A stretch of DNA of 43,404 nt, taken from Eledone cirrhosa (Eukaryota). The stretch lies in contig CAXHJY010000806.1 in assembly GCA_964016885.1 (NCBI GenBank), positions 1 through 43,404 of the forward strand, read 5' to 3'. A model generated the notes under the pieces. It was not told where the DNA came from. It saw only the letters and a program-made list of their open reading frames with translations, and ran no database searches. Below, piece by piece: positions 11,340-23,660 of this stretch. The translations under genes and the position numbers were made by a program. Every line of letters starts with the position of its first letter. The stretch's first letter is position 1.

Positions 11340-12017
11340 TATATACGTGAACGGCAAAGCATAAACGAACTAAGGAAAAAATTAGAGATAAGAGGGATCA
11401 GATGTTGTTTACTCGAGAGAAGGCTACGTTGGTATGGACACGTGATGCGCATGAAAGTCGATAGCTGTATAACAAAGTGCAGGGCAATAAAGATAGACGG
11501 TAGCCACGGAATAGGCAGACCTAGAAAAACCTGGGACGAGCTGATAAACTCCGACCTCACACACTTACACCTCTCCAAGACAATGTCACTGGACCGAGAC
11601 CTTTGGCGGTACTCAGTAATACAGAAGACCCGCCTTACCTAAATATATAGTAAAACCTACTCCAACCAGTAGGCATCTCTAACAAAATACACCCCGTCCC
11701 ACCACCACCACCCCCACCCCATCCACACCACCCCGTTCTATGTAAAGTTATGTTGGTGCCGCGCCATAGGCCGAAACAAATGAGATCGTGTAGGTGTCAC
11801 GACAAAAAAACACACAGTCCACGCTGTAATGTGGCCGTGTAGGCAACACGGTAAAAACCTCCCAGCCCCACACTGTAAATGTGGTTGGTGTTAGGAAGGG
11901 CATCCAACTGTAGAAAACCTGCCAGACAGTCCTATGCGAGCAAGACAATCACTCTTGCCTCAAGTGGGACTACCCCCGTCCAAACCCATGCAAGCGTGGA
12001 ACACGGACGTTAAACGT

Positions 12018-12048
<31 letters not shown>
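11340..12048 (+). mobile_element. 5'-truncated RTE-clade LINE (ORF C-terminus, 3' UTR, (GAT)n tail)
   Basis: Encodes ERRLRWYGHVMRM...GIGRPRKTWDELINSDL...DRDLWR (RTE C-terminal signature); ends GGACGTTAAACGTT(GAT)n. Confidence 0.9.
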
Positions 12049-13233
12049 CTGTCTGTAATTTACACACACAATGCATTTTCTATCTCAGTCGTGTTGCTAC
12101 AATACAAAGTTCACTTTCCAATTACAAGGTCCTAGGTTCTAATCTTACATCTGTCCATGTAAATAGTTATTTCTCCAAATTTATTCATACATTTAATCAT
12201 GTATGTCATTTGTACATACATGCTGAACATTTATGTAATTATATCCTAGAAAAAATTATTAAGATAATATTTTTATCTTTAATCACCTCATGTCAGTAAT
12301 CAACATAAATTATATAGTTTCTCTTATGAAAACATTAATTTATCAGAACACAAATTTCCCAGTTTGTATTATTGTTGCTGTAATCCTGATATATATATAT
12401 GGCATACCAACTCTGAACTCTAAAAATTAAATGTATTAATCGATCTTGCTGTCACTGGTTCACCAAGAAGATATAATTTATTAATTTCATATCTACAAAA
12501 TCATACTGTAATCTCTAAATTAAAAAAACTTTTCAGAAATAACATCCACTATAACATATTTAAGTCAGTAGCATCTAGTATGTGTTAATTATTGTGTAGC
12601 ACAAGAAATGGTCTAAGAAAATATTTGACAAGAAAACTCATCAGTGACACTGAACTCTATGATCATCACTGTTTAACATCTGTTTTCTACGCTAGCATAG
12701 TTTAGACGGTTTGTCATGTTATAAGGCTAAACAGATCAGATGATCATGTCTAGCTCATATGCTTTATATTGGCTTAGTTTTTTTTGGCTGGATATGTTTC
12801 CTAATGCCAATCACAGTATGGACTAGGAGCATTTTTGTGTCACCAACACAACCACCTTACAGGGTGGAAAGGGTGCTTATCCCAAGTAGAAATTGTGAAG
12901 GTTTTTAGCAGTGTGTTGTTTCTAAAAATCTTATCTTCATCTATCTGTCTGACACTAAGAATTGGTTACCTCTCCAATCAAATTAAAGAACTCATTTTAT
13001 CTAGCATGTATCAGTTATTCACATTACATATTCATACTTGTGTAGTTATCTCTCTCTTGGATGGTTCTGCCAATACTTTTAACACACAGTCTCATTCGCC
13101 ACTCACCTGTATTCAAGCAATTTTGCAACAAGGAAACCTTTAAATGATCATTCAACTTGCTGAAATAGCAGCCAAACCACCCTCAAACCACACCTTACCA
13201 GCTTTAAAGAAAGTGAAATTCAGAGAACACTAC

Positions 13234-13641
13234 ATCATCATCATCGTTTAACGTCCATCTTCCATGCTAGCATGGGTTTGGACGGGAATTTTCCCACTTG
13301 AGGCAAGATTGGTTGTCTTGCTTGTATAGGACAGTCTGGCGGGTTTTCTACGGCTGGATACCCTTCCTAACACCAACCACATTTACAGTGTGGACTGGGA
13401 GGTTTTTACCGTGTTACCTACACGGCCACATTACAGTGTGGACTGTGTGTTTTTTTTTGTCGTGACACCTACACAACCTCATTTATTTAGGACTGGATGT
13501 TGTGGTACTAACATAACTTTACATCGAAAGGGGTGGTGTGGATGGGGTGGGGGTGGGGGGTGTATTTTGGTTAAGAGGTGCCTACTGACTGTAGGTTTCG
13601 CTTTGCACTTAGGCAAGGCGGGTCTTCTGTATTACTGCATA
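13234..13641 (-). mobile_element. RTE LINE 3' UTR fragment, same subfamily as 11340-12048, inverted
   Basis: Reverse complement aligns by eye over ~400 bp to 11615-12030 with high identity. Confidence 0.9.
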
Positions 13642-14328
13642 GCGCCACACACTAAATGGAAATATATTTCATGTAAGTGTTACAATGATTTGTAATTTAG
13701 GCACAAGACCAATAATTGAGGGGAAGGAATAAGTCGATTAAGTGACTGGTACTTTATTTTATTGATCTCGGAAGGATAAAGGCAAAGTTGACCTTTGCAA
13801 CAATTGAACCCAAAATGTAAAAAAACAGAACAAATGTTGCAAAGGATTTTGGCCAGTGCTGTAACAATTCTGCTAATCCACCATCCTATGTAGTGAAAAA
13901 TAAGAAAAAAAATGAGTCAGAAATAAAAAAAATAAAAACATACATACTCTCTTGATTACATGTTCCAGCAGGCAAAGCTAGTGTTGTCCTCTAAATATTT
14001 GTCCAGCGCCTAGGTTCCTGCATGCTAGACAGTGTCCCCCTTCCTCCACACTGTTCAAGCACATATCAATGAGGTAGCAATGTTTGATCACATTTTGGGG
14101 ATTTAAGGCAACTGTGATAACATATTCATAATGTTTGCATTTTCACAAAACTAGTTTAGACAGCCATTTTCAACCTACCTAAGCCCCCCCCCCCCACACA
14201 CACACACACCCACACCACCCTACACTCAACCTCTTCCTAATAATTTCTTCTTTTAGAAATCATGTAACATATTTATATATTTAGACCAGCTTGGTGTAGT
14301 AATTAAATATCAAATCAACAAAGCCTAC

Positions 14329-14409
14329 TTGATGTTCTGTCAGGAATATCCACTTCATTACTAGAAGCATCTTTATCATCTTGTGGAATTGGTAAAGGTG
14401 GTGAAGGGG
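14329..14409 (-). CDS. PIKFYVE: PIKfyve exon (Pro/acidic linker): (A)PSPPLPIPQDDKDASSNEVDIPDRTS
   Basis: CATTTTTTAG acceptor, GTAGGC donor, 81 nt, phase 1-1. Confidence 0.75.
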
Positions 14410-15677
14410 CTAAAAAATGAAAAGAAACAACAGCTATAAATAAGTGTACAAAATAAAGGATGTGTTATTATTATTTTTTTTTAATAAAAACTATATTGCT
14501 ATTGAAATATATGAGGATAGCTTTAACTCTTTAACATTTACATTACTCTATATTTACTATTGTATTTTCATGGTAAACATTTTATTTCATACAATTATCT
14601 CACATAATATCGAATTTATGACATGGTGATATTTATTTTGAGAACAATACCTTAACATAAGTATGAGCAGCCAGTTATGGCCAATTTGAACAGAAAAAGG
14701 TAAGAGAATTCTGACCAGATACGGCCAGTTTGAATAAAATTATAATTAAAGGAGTCTGATTATCCAATAAAAAAAACCCTTGTGAGTAAACAAAAGAGCC
14801 TCTACATGGTCACTTGACTAGCTAGAATTAGCAGCCAAATTCCCATCAGACACCACATTACTGTTTAGAAAAGGAGGAATACATCAGATAATGTGGTCCT
14901 GAATGAACGATGTCTGAAAATTAATTTCTAATTTAGGCACAAGGCCAGCAAATTTTTTGGGGAAAATAAAATAAAATTAATTAAATCAACCCCAGCACAT
15001 GACTCATATTTTATTTTATCTACACCCAGAAAGATGAAAGGCAATGTTGACATTGACAGGATTTGAACTCAGAATGTAAAGAGCTAGAACAAATACTGCC
15101 CTGGCATTTTATCTAATGGTCTACGAATTCTGCCAATCAACAACACCCTGCTATGTCTGAAATTTAAAGATGGGGTGTTCAAAGGTAGAACACTTTTGAT
15201 CAAAGATTTGCTCAATCAGGTTTGACCTGGAGGCTAAACAACAACAACAACAACAACAACTATTATTCAAAAGATTTTAGTAATGCTAATTCTCATTTTT
15301 TTCACTTTTCTTTCCCTACTTCCTAATCATCATCATTTTACATCCACTTTTCCTAATATTCACTATAATCTTCAACACGACTATTTCACAATATGTACAT
15401 GGCAATGCCTCTGACTATAGTAGGTGAAAAGGTATGATTGTTATCATTTAGCTTTGCCTTTCATCCTTATGGGGGTCGATAAAATAAAGTACCAGTAATG
15501 CACTGGGGTCGATTTAATCAACTTTCCCATTCCCCAAAATTGTTGGCCTTGTGCCTAAATCAGAAACCATTATTATTATGATCATCATTATTATTATTAA
15601 CAACAATAATAATGAAGACGATTCAAACATTGACTGAAAATCTTTGATAAATGTAAAAAGAAATGAAGTCTATATAC

Positions 15678-15837
15678 CAGCTGATATTGTAGTACCAATT
15701 GATTGAGAATCAACTGACTCATCGTCAATATATATGTCTGGTGTTTCAGCCTGAGCTGTACGATGAGGACTGCTTGAAGAATTGGAATTGTAACTACTAT
15801 CTGTAAGCGACTGGATAGATGCTGGGTAACTGTCCAT
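15678..15837 (-). CDS. PIKFYVE: PIKfyve exon (Ser-rich linker): MDSYPASIQSLTDSSYNSNSSSSPHRTAQAETPDIYIDDESVDSQSIGTTISA
   Basis: GTTTCTTGCAG acceptor, CTG/GTATAT donor, 160 nt, phase 0-1, open in the required frame. Confidence 0.82.
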
Positions 15838-16174
15838 CTGCAAGAAACATCAACCAAAAATCATACTGAACAAGATTGTTATATTTTAAACAAGGAAAGA
15901 AGAAACCCCAGACAAATAAACAAGGAGATAGCCTAATGTTATAGTGATGATACCATGATAAAATGCACCCAGTCAACCCAGTCAAATGATAGTAGGAATA
16001 CTTGACACCCACCATGAAGTGGTTGGCATTAAGAAGGGCATCTAGTTATAGAAACCATGCCAAAATGGAACGTATGAGCGAGACAGTCATCTGACATGTC
16101 TGGTCACAGAACATGACAACCTGTCCAAACTATCCAAGCATGGAAAATAAAAGTAAAATAATGGTGATAATAAT

Positions 16175-16360
16175 TGTTTCTACTTTTGGCACAAGGCCAG
16201 CAATTACCCAGTGTATTACTGGTACTTTATTTTATCAATCCCATAAGGATGAAAGGCAAAGTTAACCTCGGCGGGATTTGAACTCAAAGGCAAGGGCCGT
16301 AACTCTATACGTCAAAGCATGGTGTCCGACCCTCTACCGATACTGCCAATCCACCGCCCT
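16175..16360 (-). mobile_element. Full-length tRNA-derived SINE with 18-bp TSD (same family as 8384-8569)
   Basis: TSD AATAATGGTGATAATAAT at 16157-16174 and 16361-16378; A/B boxes on the minus strand. Other copies at about 11030-11220(-), 13697-13886(-), 14925-15140(-), 15452-15568(+), 19690-19902(+), 23110-23290(-), 25634-25830(-), 33196-33400(+). Confidence 0.9.
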
Positions 16361-17255
16361 AATAATGGTGATAATAATGATGATAAATTATAACTGTTCT
16401 AATTAATTCTATATTAGATATTTATAGATTTATTCTGAAACAATTTTAGAGTTATAACACCAAGAGGAAATATGCAGATCTTGTAAGTGAAGGATCTCAA
16501 TTTTAATTAGCTTCAGTGCAGTCAGTACTAAGTAAAATCCAAATAAGCAAATCCATAAATATATTCTTATAAAGAATTAACTAATTTACATTGTTATCAT
16601 TTAATTTCCATTTTCCTAGTTAGAAAGGGTTGAACAGGTTGTCACAGACCAAGTCAGTACTTACTCAAAGCTATTGACCTCTTCAACTGGCTGAGAGTCT
16701 GATTATTACTTACATTGTGCTTATTGTGACACCAGCACAAGGGAGATTGTTGTGACTTTGATACAACTGAAGAGTTCTTCTGACTCGTTGTTTGGCAGGT
16801 TTTCTATGGCAGGATGCTTTTTTTATTACCAACCACTTTACAGATTGTACTAGGTGAATTTCATCATGTAGATCACAAACTCTAGTAAAGTAGTCGTTCC
16901 TCTGACACAACTGATGAGTACTCATGTTCTTTCTGTGCTATATAATTTTTCTTAATAAATGTCTTAGCTATGTTATTAGAATGCTGACCAATTGTTGATC
17001 TATTTTTATTGAAGGAACCAGGGCCTTAATCAGAGGACCCATGTACAGCCAATATTTCTCTCAGAAGGTCTCAGATAACACATTTTTATTGTAGAGACAT
17101 GAGCCGAGTCGGAATCATTTATAGAAATGACTGAAGGTTTGATGTCTGAGTAGCAGTTAGACTGAAATGGTTCTATAATATTTTAACATTTACAAAAGAC
17201 ATGTACCTTTCAAAAATGGCAGCCAAATCTCAACCTAACATCTTAAAATTGAGTC

Positions 17256-18015
17256 ATCATCATCATCATCATCATCATCACCGTTTTACGTCCGTTCTTC
17301 CACGCTAGCATGGGTTAGACGGGTTGTCCTGTTGTGGGCAGTGCCTGGTCGGCTGACCATGCCTTGCTCATACAGGAACTGATTTGGGTTGATTTCTACA
17401 GCTGGATGCCCTTCCTAACACCAACCTCATTTACAGTGAGTGCTGGGTGCTTTTTCGTGGCGCCTACACACCACTTTACAGTGTGGGCTGGGTGCTTTTT
17501 TGCCGTGGCACCTCCACGACCACCTTGCAGTGGGGGGTGTGGGGGCATATTGTCTATATGCTTCAGCTTGAACCCATGAGAGGTGGGTACTCTGTATTAC
17601 TGCGTGACGCCAGAGGTGTAATTGGGTAAGGTCGGCTTTTATCACCTCATCCCAGATCATCTTGGGTCTCCCCACTCCGCGGTTTCCATCGACTTCTAGT
17701 GCTCTGCACCTTTTTATGCAGCTGTCATCCTTCATACGCATCACATGTCCATACCAGCGCAACCGCCTCTCCTGCACACAGCATTTGATTCCTCTTATGC
17801 TCAGTCGCTCTCTCAATTCATTTATGCTTTGTTGTTCACGTATATTACTGTTACACATCCATCGGAACATGCAGGCTTCGTTTCTCTCTAATCTACCTAA
17901 GTCTTCCACCTTCAGCGCCCAGGTCTCACTACCATGCAACATCGCTGTTCGGATACACGCATCATACAGTCTGCCTTTCATTTTGAGGGAGAAGCCTTTG
18001 GATAATAAGGGAGAG
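17256..18015 (-). mobile_element. 5'-truncated RTE-clade LINE with largely open ORF C-terminus
   Basis: PLLSKGFSLKMKGRLYDACIRTAMLHGSETWAL...RRLRWYGHVMRM...GRPKMIWDEVIKADL; (GAT)n tail; 3' UTR also matches 167-347. Confidence 0.92.
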
Positions 18016-19310
18016 TACATTGGATAATTCAGTCCAGCATAATGGTAAGGAAGAGTTAACTACAGTTTTTTAAATTATAAAGCTCATCGTAAAAAGGAAC
18101 AAATGTCAGACCATTTTTGTTTGCCAAGTGTATCTTTGTCATGTGAATCCGATTTTTAGAATAGTTATACAATATCTCTTTGTGTTGCAAGAGGCAACTA
18201 AAAGTGTTGGCACCAAGAAGGGTATCTGGCTGTAAGACATTGTCTCAAAACATTCTGCCCGATGCTCTCTAGCATGGAAAAGTAAACATAAAACAATGAC
18301 AATGATGAAACAAATATGCCTCATGCAAATTAGACTGGCTATTTCAGTTAAATTCTGCTTTGTGTTTGTTGTAAGCTCTAGGTGGAAGGACAGGGGTAGT
18401 TGTCTTCTGTTAAATAGTCAACTAGTTGTGAATCATGTAAAAGAAATCTTTTATATTTTCCTGTTCATGAAAAGAATAATAAAGCCTGTTTACACTTGCT
18501 CCTTTTCACAGTAATGCTTATAATTAAAAATCTGTAGTTGTATCTACATTAAATTCATCCTAGATTTCTAAATACATATTTTAATATATAATTGCATAAA
18601 TATTTGTTATTGAATGTAGTCAAGGTACACTATTCCTGAAAACTAAGAACAGAATGGGTCTGCTTCATTACTTATGCTATATGTCTGCTCAATTAGGGCT
18701 GACCTAAAGGTAAATCAATATCAAACAAATTCCTATAACTGGTGCAGCTAGTCATTGTGGTGCCACTCTAAATGTTTGACTGTGTCTATCATGGCATATC
18801 AGTGGACCTTGAAAATATTTAGAAGTGTCCATCTTTTCTCCAGGAGGGAGTAAACAGTAATACCAGCATATTAGAAGATATGTGATCCCCTCCTCCACCC
18901 ACTCACCCCCCAAAAAATCAAAAAAAAAAAAAAAAATACATGACGTGTGTCATTCTAACACTAAATATATAACCATACAGTTAGGGATGTATTCTGATTG
19001 AATAAATCAGACTAAGATATTTTCTCTTCAGGAACAACACAGTAATTGTTTAAAGGTTTGGACTGATAATATTGTAGCTAGTAGAAAAACATGGCTTTTA
19101 GTTCAGCTTATAATCAGATTACACTAAGGAAACAATGTTTCTATTAGTTTTTCCATCGTTGATACTATTTGCCAGTTGCAACTCTTGACACAAGGAACAA
19201 TGTAAAATAAAGAACACAACATACCACCTGGTCCAGGAATTGAACCAATGACCTTATGATCTTGAATTTAACACCCTAACCAATATGCCACATAATGAAA
19301 TAATACAAAC

Positions 19311-19395
19311 CACATCTGGAGATGACTGATATTCCTTCACAGCAGGGCTTTGTGTTTTTGACTTCTCTTTCTTTTGCACTAGAAAGTCTTGAATT
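19311..19395 (-). CDS. PIKFYVE: PIKfyve exon: IQDFLVQKKEKSKTQSPAVKEYQSSPDV
   Basis: TTTCTTTGAAG acceptor, GTG/GTTTGT donor (an alternative GT lies 3 nt earlier), 85 nt, phase 2-0; resembles the recalled LQD.FQQEK motif. Confidence 0.8.
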
Positions 19396-21241
19396 CTTCA
19401 AAGAAACAATTCAAATTATTATTACTATAGTAGTAGTAGTTTGAAATATTGATAGTAGGAATGAAGCAGGGTAGTTAAAAGAGAGAAAGGGAAAAAGAGA
19501 AAAAGAGAAACAGACAGAGATATACCATTTATATGTAGATGATACCACTATTCACTTCTCCATAACCTTTTGTATACAGACATTTTTCACATGCAAGGTA
19601 GACATGCAAGGTTAACTAGTGTACCATAGTTATAATGAAATATATTGTATTTGAATTAATTAATGAAGATATTTCATTATTATGATGGTAAGGGTGATTG
19701 GCATACTTGTCAGAGTGATGGATGAAATGCTTTGTGGTATTTAGTTATGGCTTTCTATGTTCTGAGTTCAAATCCTACTGAGGTAACATTCACCCTTCCA
19801 GGATCGATAAAATAAAGTAACAGTTAAATACTGGGGTTCAATATAATTGACTTTCCACTTCCCCCCAAAACTTCTGGTTTTGCACCAATGTTAGAAAGAA
19901 TTATTAAGATGCCTTTTTAAATAAAATTTAATAAAACATGCATAAGTCAAATCATATTGAAGGATTTTAATTTAAACAGGAATCCTTTTAAATGGGCTGT
20001 TTTATTTCATAGAACAAGCACCAGTTTTGGTGTTGAAAGCATTAACAGAGACTTCAGAAACCTTTTCCACTGAGAATACAACAATCTTGCCACTTTCAAC
20101 AACACACATCCATAATTACTGAATATGTGAAGAAAATAATCTTGTACCTCACCTTCTCTAGTTTTGGACAACACACGGTTAAAACCATTCAAAGTCACTA
20201 TAAATTTTAGGCCTCATAATTACTGGTGATCTTTTCAGGCAATCTCCTATACAAGATAGATAAGGGACCTATAAGCTACAGCAAATGTAGCTCATCTAGG
20301 GGAACACTTACACTAAATAAATAAGACTGCATCTGATATACAAGGCCTCCAAAAGCCATGGCAAAGACAGTCCATCTAAGAGAACAGTTATTCTGAATAA
20401 AATAAGACTGCATGGTCCCATAAGCCTTAGTGAAAGCAATCACTCTGAATAAAAACTAATAAAGAGTAGAGCGGTAGAGAGGACTTTTAAGTCCTATCAG
20501 ACAACCTCTCTAGTGCCGATGGCATGATAAAATGCACCCAGTTCATGCTGTAAAAAGGTTGGTGATGGGAAGAGCATTCAGCCAGAAAACTCTCCCAAAA
20601 ATTATGGAAAGCATAACATTATCATAATCATGTCCAAACCATGCAAGCTTGGAAGAGCAGATGTAAAAAGATGATGATAACAATAAAACTGCATTCTAAG
20701 GACTAGTCTTCCTTTTTAAGGACAGACAATATTTCAACTCCAATCAGCCACTGTCTACAAGACTCAAGTAAGATCCATAATTATATACTGCTCCCACCAT
20801 CCCAGGGATGGTGTTACTGCTACACAAGCAAACATACAAAATTCTATAAAAAAGTAATCCATTCAATTGATTGACAAAGAGTCACTCAATAACATTCTAC
20901 ATCCTCTGGCTCACAAATGTGCTGTCTCCTCTCTCTATCTATTCTAATGCTACTATCATGGCCTCTGCTCCTTGGGACAAGCTAGACAATGATCACACCT
21001 CCTTTTGTCAGTCCCCTGTAATGTATCTCATCCCAGTCTCTGCACTAATCCATATGCCAAATCCTTCCACCCCAGAACATCAACACTTTGGAATTCCCTC
21101 CCTGGTAATGTCTTTCCAGCAGGTGTCTACTTGTAAAAGTTTAACCAGAAAATTAATAGCATCAATCTGATCAGTGTCATGAAAAGGCAATTTGCATTGC
21201 TACTTCCTCCAGATCCAACAAATTAAAAAGAAAATACTTAC

Positions 21242-21332
21242 TTTGCATTCCAGTTCACCACAGCTTCTGCAACCATCTGCTTCAAACTGGTCAGACTGTC
21301 AGTAATTTGGTTGCACAACGAAAAACAAACTT
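21242..21332 (-). CDS. PIKFYVE: PIKfyve exon: (E)VCFSLCNQITDSLTSLKQMVAEAVVNWNA(K)
   Basis: TTTCCTTGGTAG acceptor, GTAAGT donor, 91 nt, phase 1-2; KQ...E....WN motif. Confidence 0.9.
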
Positions 21333-21955
21333 CTACCAAGGAAAGATAAAACAAAACATAATAAAGAGATTTTATCATCATCACCATTCAACATCTATTT
21401 TTCATGCTTGCTTGGGTTAGATGGGTTGTAATGTACTGAGATTAGACTGATCAGGTAACCATGTCCTGTTTGTACGCTCTGCTTTGGTTTCTATAGCTGG
21501 ATGCCCTTCCTAATGCCAAGCAATTTGCAAGATGTACTGGCTGCATTTTATCATAGCAACAACACTTATGAAGTTGTCATGCTCTGCATACAACTGAAAA
21601 GACCTCTCAACTCTTTATCAAGTTTTCTACCACAAACCATTTTACACAGTGTATTAGATACGTTTTTACCAACACTAAAGAGGTTGTTAAGTCCTTGACA
21701 CAACTGAAGAGCCCTCTTAACCCTTTTCTGGCAAGTTTTCTATGGTTGGATGGTCTTACTACCACCAACCATTTTACAGAGAGTACTGGCTGTATTTTTC
21801 ATGTCACCAACACTAGAGAAGTTGTGCCCTTGACACAACTGAATAGACCTTTCAACTCTATGTTGAGTTATTAGTCTTAGGGTATTCAGTTTTTTAATCA
21901 TGTTACTCATGCTAGAACGAAAACAGACAAAAATCTTCAAAAAAGATACACATAC

Positions 21956-22061
21956 CTTCATTTTCCAGTTTTCCATCACTAGTTTTCTTATATAATGACT
22001 CTAGTAACTGCAACTTCTGGTGGATTTCATCAGCATGTTTATTTAGGGCTGCCCGTTCACT
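21956..22061 (-). CDS. PIKFYVE: PIKfyve exon: SERAALNKHADEIHQKLQLLESLYKKTSDGKLENE
   Basis: ACTTGTAG acceptor, AAG/GTATGT donor, 106 nt, phase 0-1; helical linker. Confidence 0.87.
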
Positions 22062-22093
22062 CTACAAGTCATGAGAGCAAAACAATAATAATA

Positions 22094-22750
22094 ATTGTTT
22101 CTACTTTTTGGCACAAGGCCAGCAATTACCCAGTGTATTACTGGTACTTTATTTTATTGACCCCCGTAAGGATGAAAGGCAAAGTTAACCTCGGCGGGAT
22201 TTGAACAATAATAATAATGTTTTCTGATTTAGGCACAAGGCCAACAATTTCAGGAGAGGTGGAAGTCAACTAAATTGACCACAGTGTATTACTGCTACTT
22301 TATTTTGTTGAACCCGTAAGGATGAAAGGCAAAGTTAACCTCGACAGGATTTGAAATCAGAACACAGGGGGCCATAACTATGCCGCGAAGCATTAATAAT
22401 CATTTCTGATTTAGGCACAAGGTCAACAATTTTGGGGGAGGGGAATTCAATTAAATCGACCCCAGTGCATGACTGGTACTTTATCTTATTAACCCTGTAA
22501 GGATGAAATGCAAAGCTAACTTTGGCGGAATTTGAACTCAGAATGGAAAGGGCCATAACTATGCTGTGAAGCATTAATAATAGTTTTTAATTTAAGCACA
22601 TGGCCAGATATTTTCGGAAGAGGGATAAGTTGATTATATCATCTCCAGTACTTGACTGGCACTTATTTATAGAACTCAAAATGGTAAAGTCAACATTGGA
22701 GGGATTTCAACTCAGAATAAAACTGAACATTGTTGGCACTCTACTGATTC
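22094..22750 (-). mobile_element. Four head-to-tail 5'-truncated SINE copies
   Basis: GCACA(A/T)GG(C/T)CA...CTG(G/C)TACTTTA...AAAG(T/C)TAAC-like...GATTTGAA block repeated four times, separated by (AAT)n. Confidence 0.85.
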
Positions 22751-23474
22751 TAAAATAATCATTACCCTCATCATCATTTAATATCTGCTTTTCCTATTAG
22801 CAAAGGTTAGACAAGTTGTCACAAAGTCAGAACTTAATCAGAACTACTGATCCCTCCGACAGACTTGGGGATACATTTCACATGTTCCCACACTCTACAG
22901 AGTGTACTAGAAGTGTTTTATAGTGACACCTGCACTAGAGAGGTTTTTATACTTTTGACACAACTGAAATGTCCTCGGACCATTACTTGTCACGTTTTCT
23001 ACAGTTGGATGTTCTTTCTACCACCAACCACTCTACAGAGTGTACTCGATACGTTTTATCATGTCGCCTATACAAGCGAGGTTGTCATTGAACCCTAAAA
23101 ACAATGACAATAATTCTTTCTCACATTGGCACAAGGCCAGCAACTTGGGGCAAGTGGAAAGTCAATTATATCGACCCCAGTACTTGACTGGTACTTTATT
23201 TTATTGACCCAGAAGAATGAAAGGTAACCATGGTGGGATTTGAACTCAGAAGGTAGAAGGTCATTACAAAATAGTGTTTGATGCTCTAATTGCCTGGGAG
23301 GAAATGCCTTATAGTATTTTCTTACAACCTTCTACCTACTGAGTAATAACAATGTTTATGATGTTATTTTTTGTTTCTTTAGAGAATAGGAGAATTGTAA
23401 AGATGACATTTATCCTTTTCTCTGGAAGCAATATAAGGGAAATGGTGCCAATTGGAATTCAAAATCTGGAACCA

Positions 23475-23660
23475 GTCAACTACATTTTTCAGTCTATGCT
23501 ATTTGAGATATTCAAGGGAGATGGGCCTCTGACAATGAGGTTTCTGTCATTGTTGGCAGCACACCTTACTGAAATATCAAGGAATGTTTGGGAAAGTGCT
23601 TGGTTATTCCAACACCTTAGCATCACCTGTGGCAATGCTTGTCTCAAAAATATTTAGAGG
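23475..23660 (+). mobile_element. CRE-clade non-LTR retrotransposon remnant (C-terminal restriction-like endonuclease region)
   Basis: YIFQSMLFEIFKGDGPLTMRFLSLLAAHLTEISRNVWESAWLFQHLSITCGNA resembles the recalled CRE C-terminal consensus F.P..vET.G.wGP.A..FL..L...L...tG..Re..wL.QRlSia.qRGNA. Confidence 0.6.

Noticed and set aside
17427-18020. Host protein-coding gene (197 aa)
   Set aside because: It is the C-terminus of an RTE LINE ORF running into its own 3' UTR.
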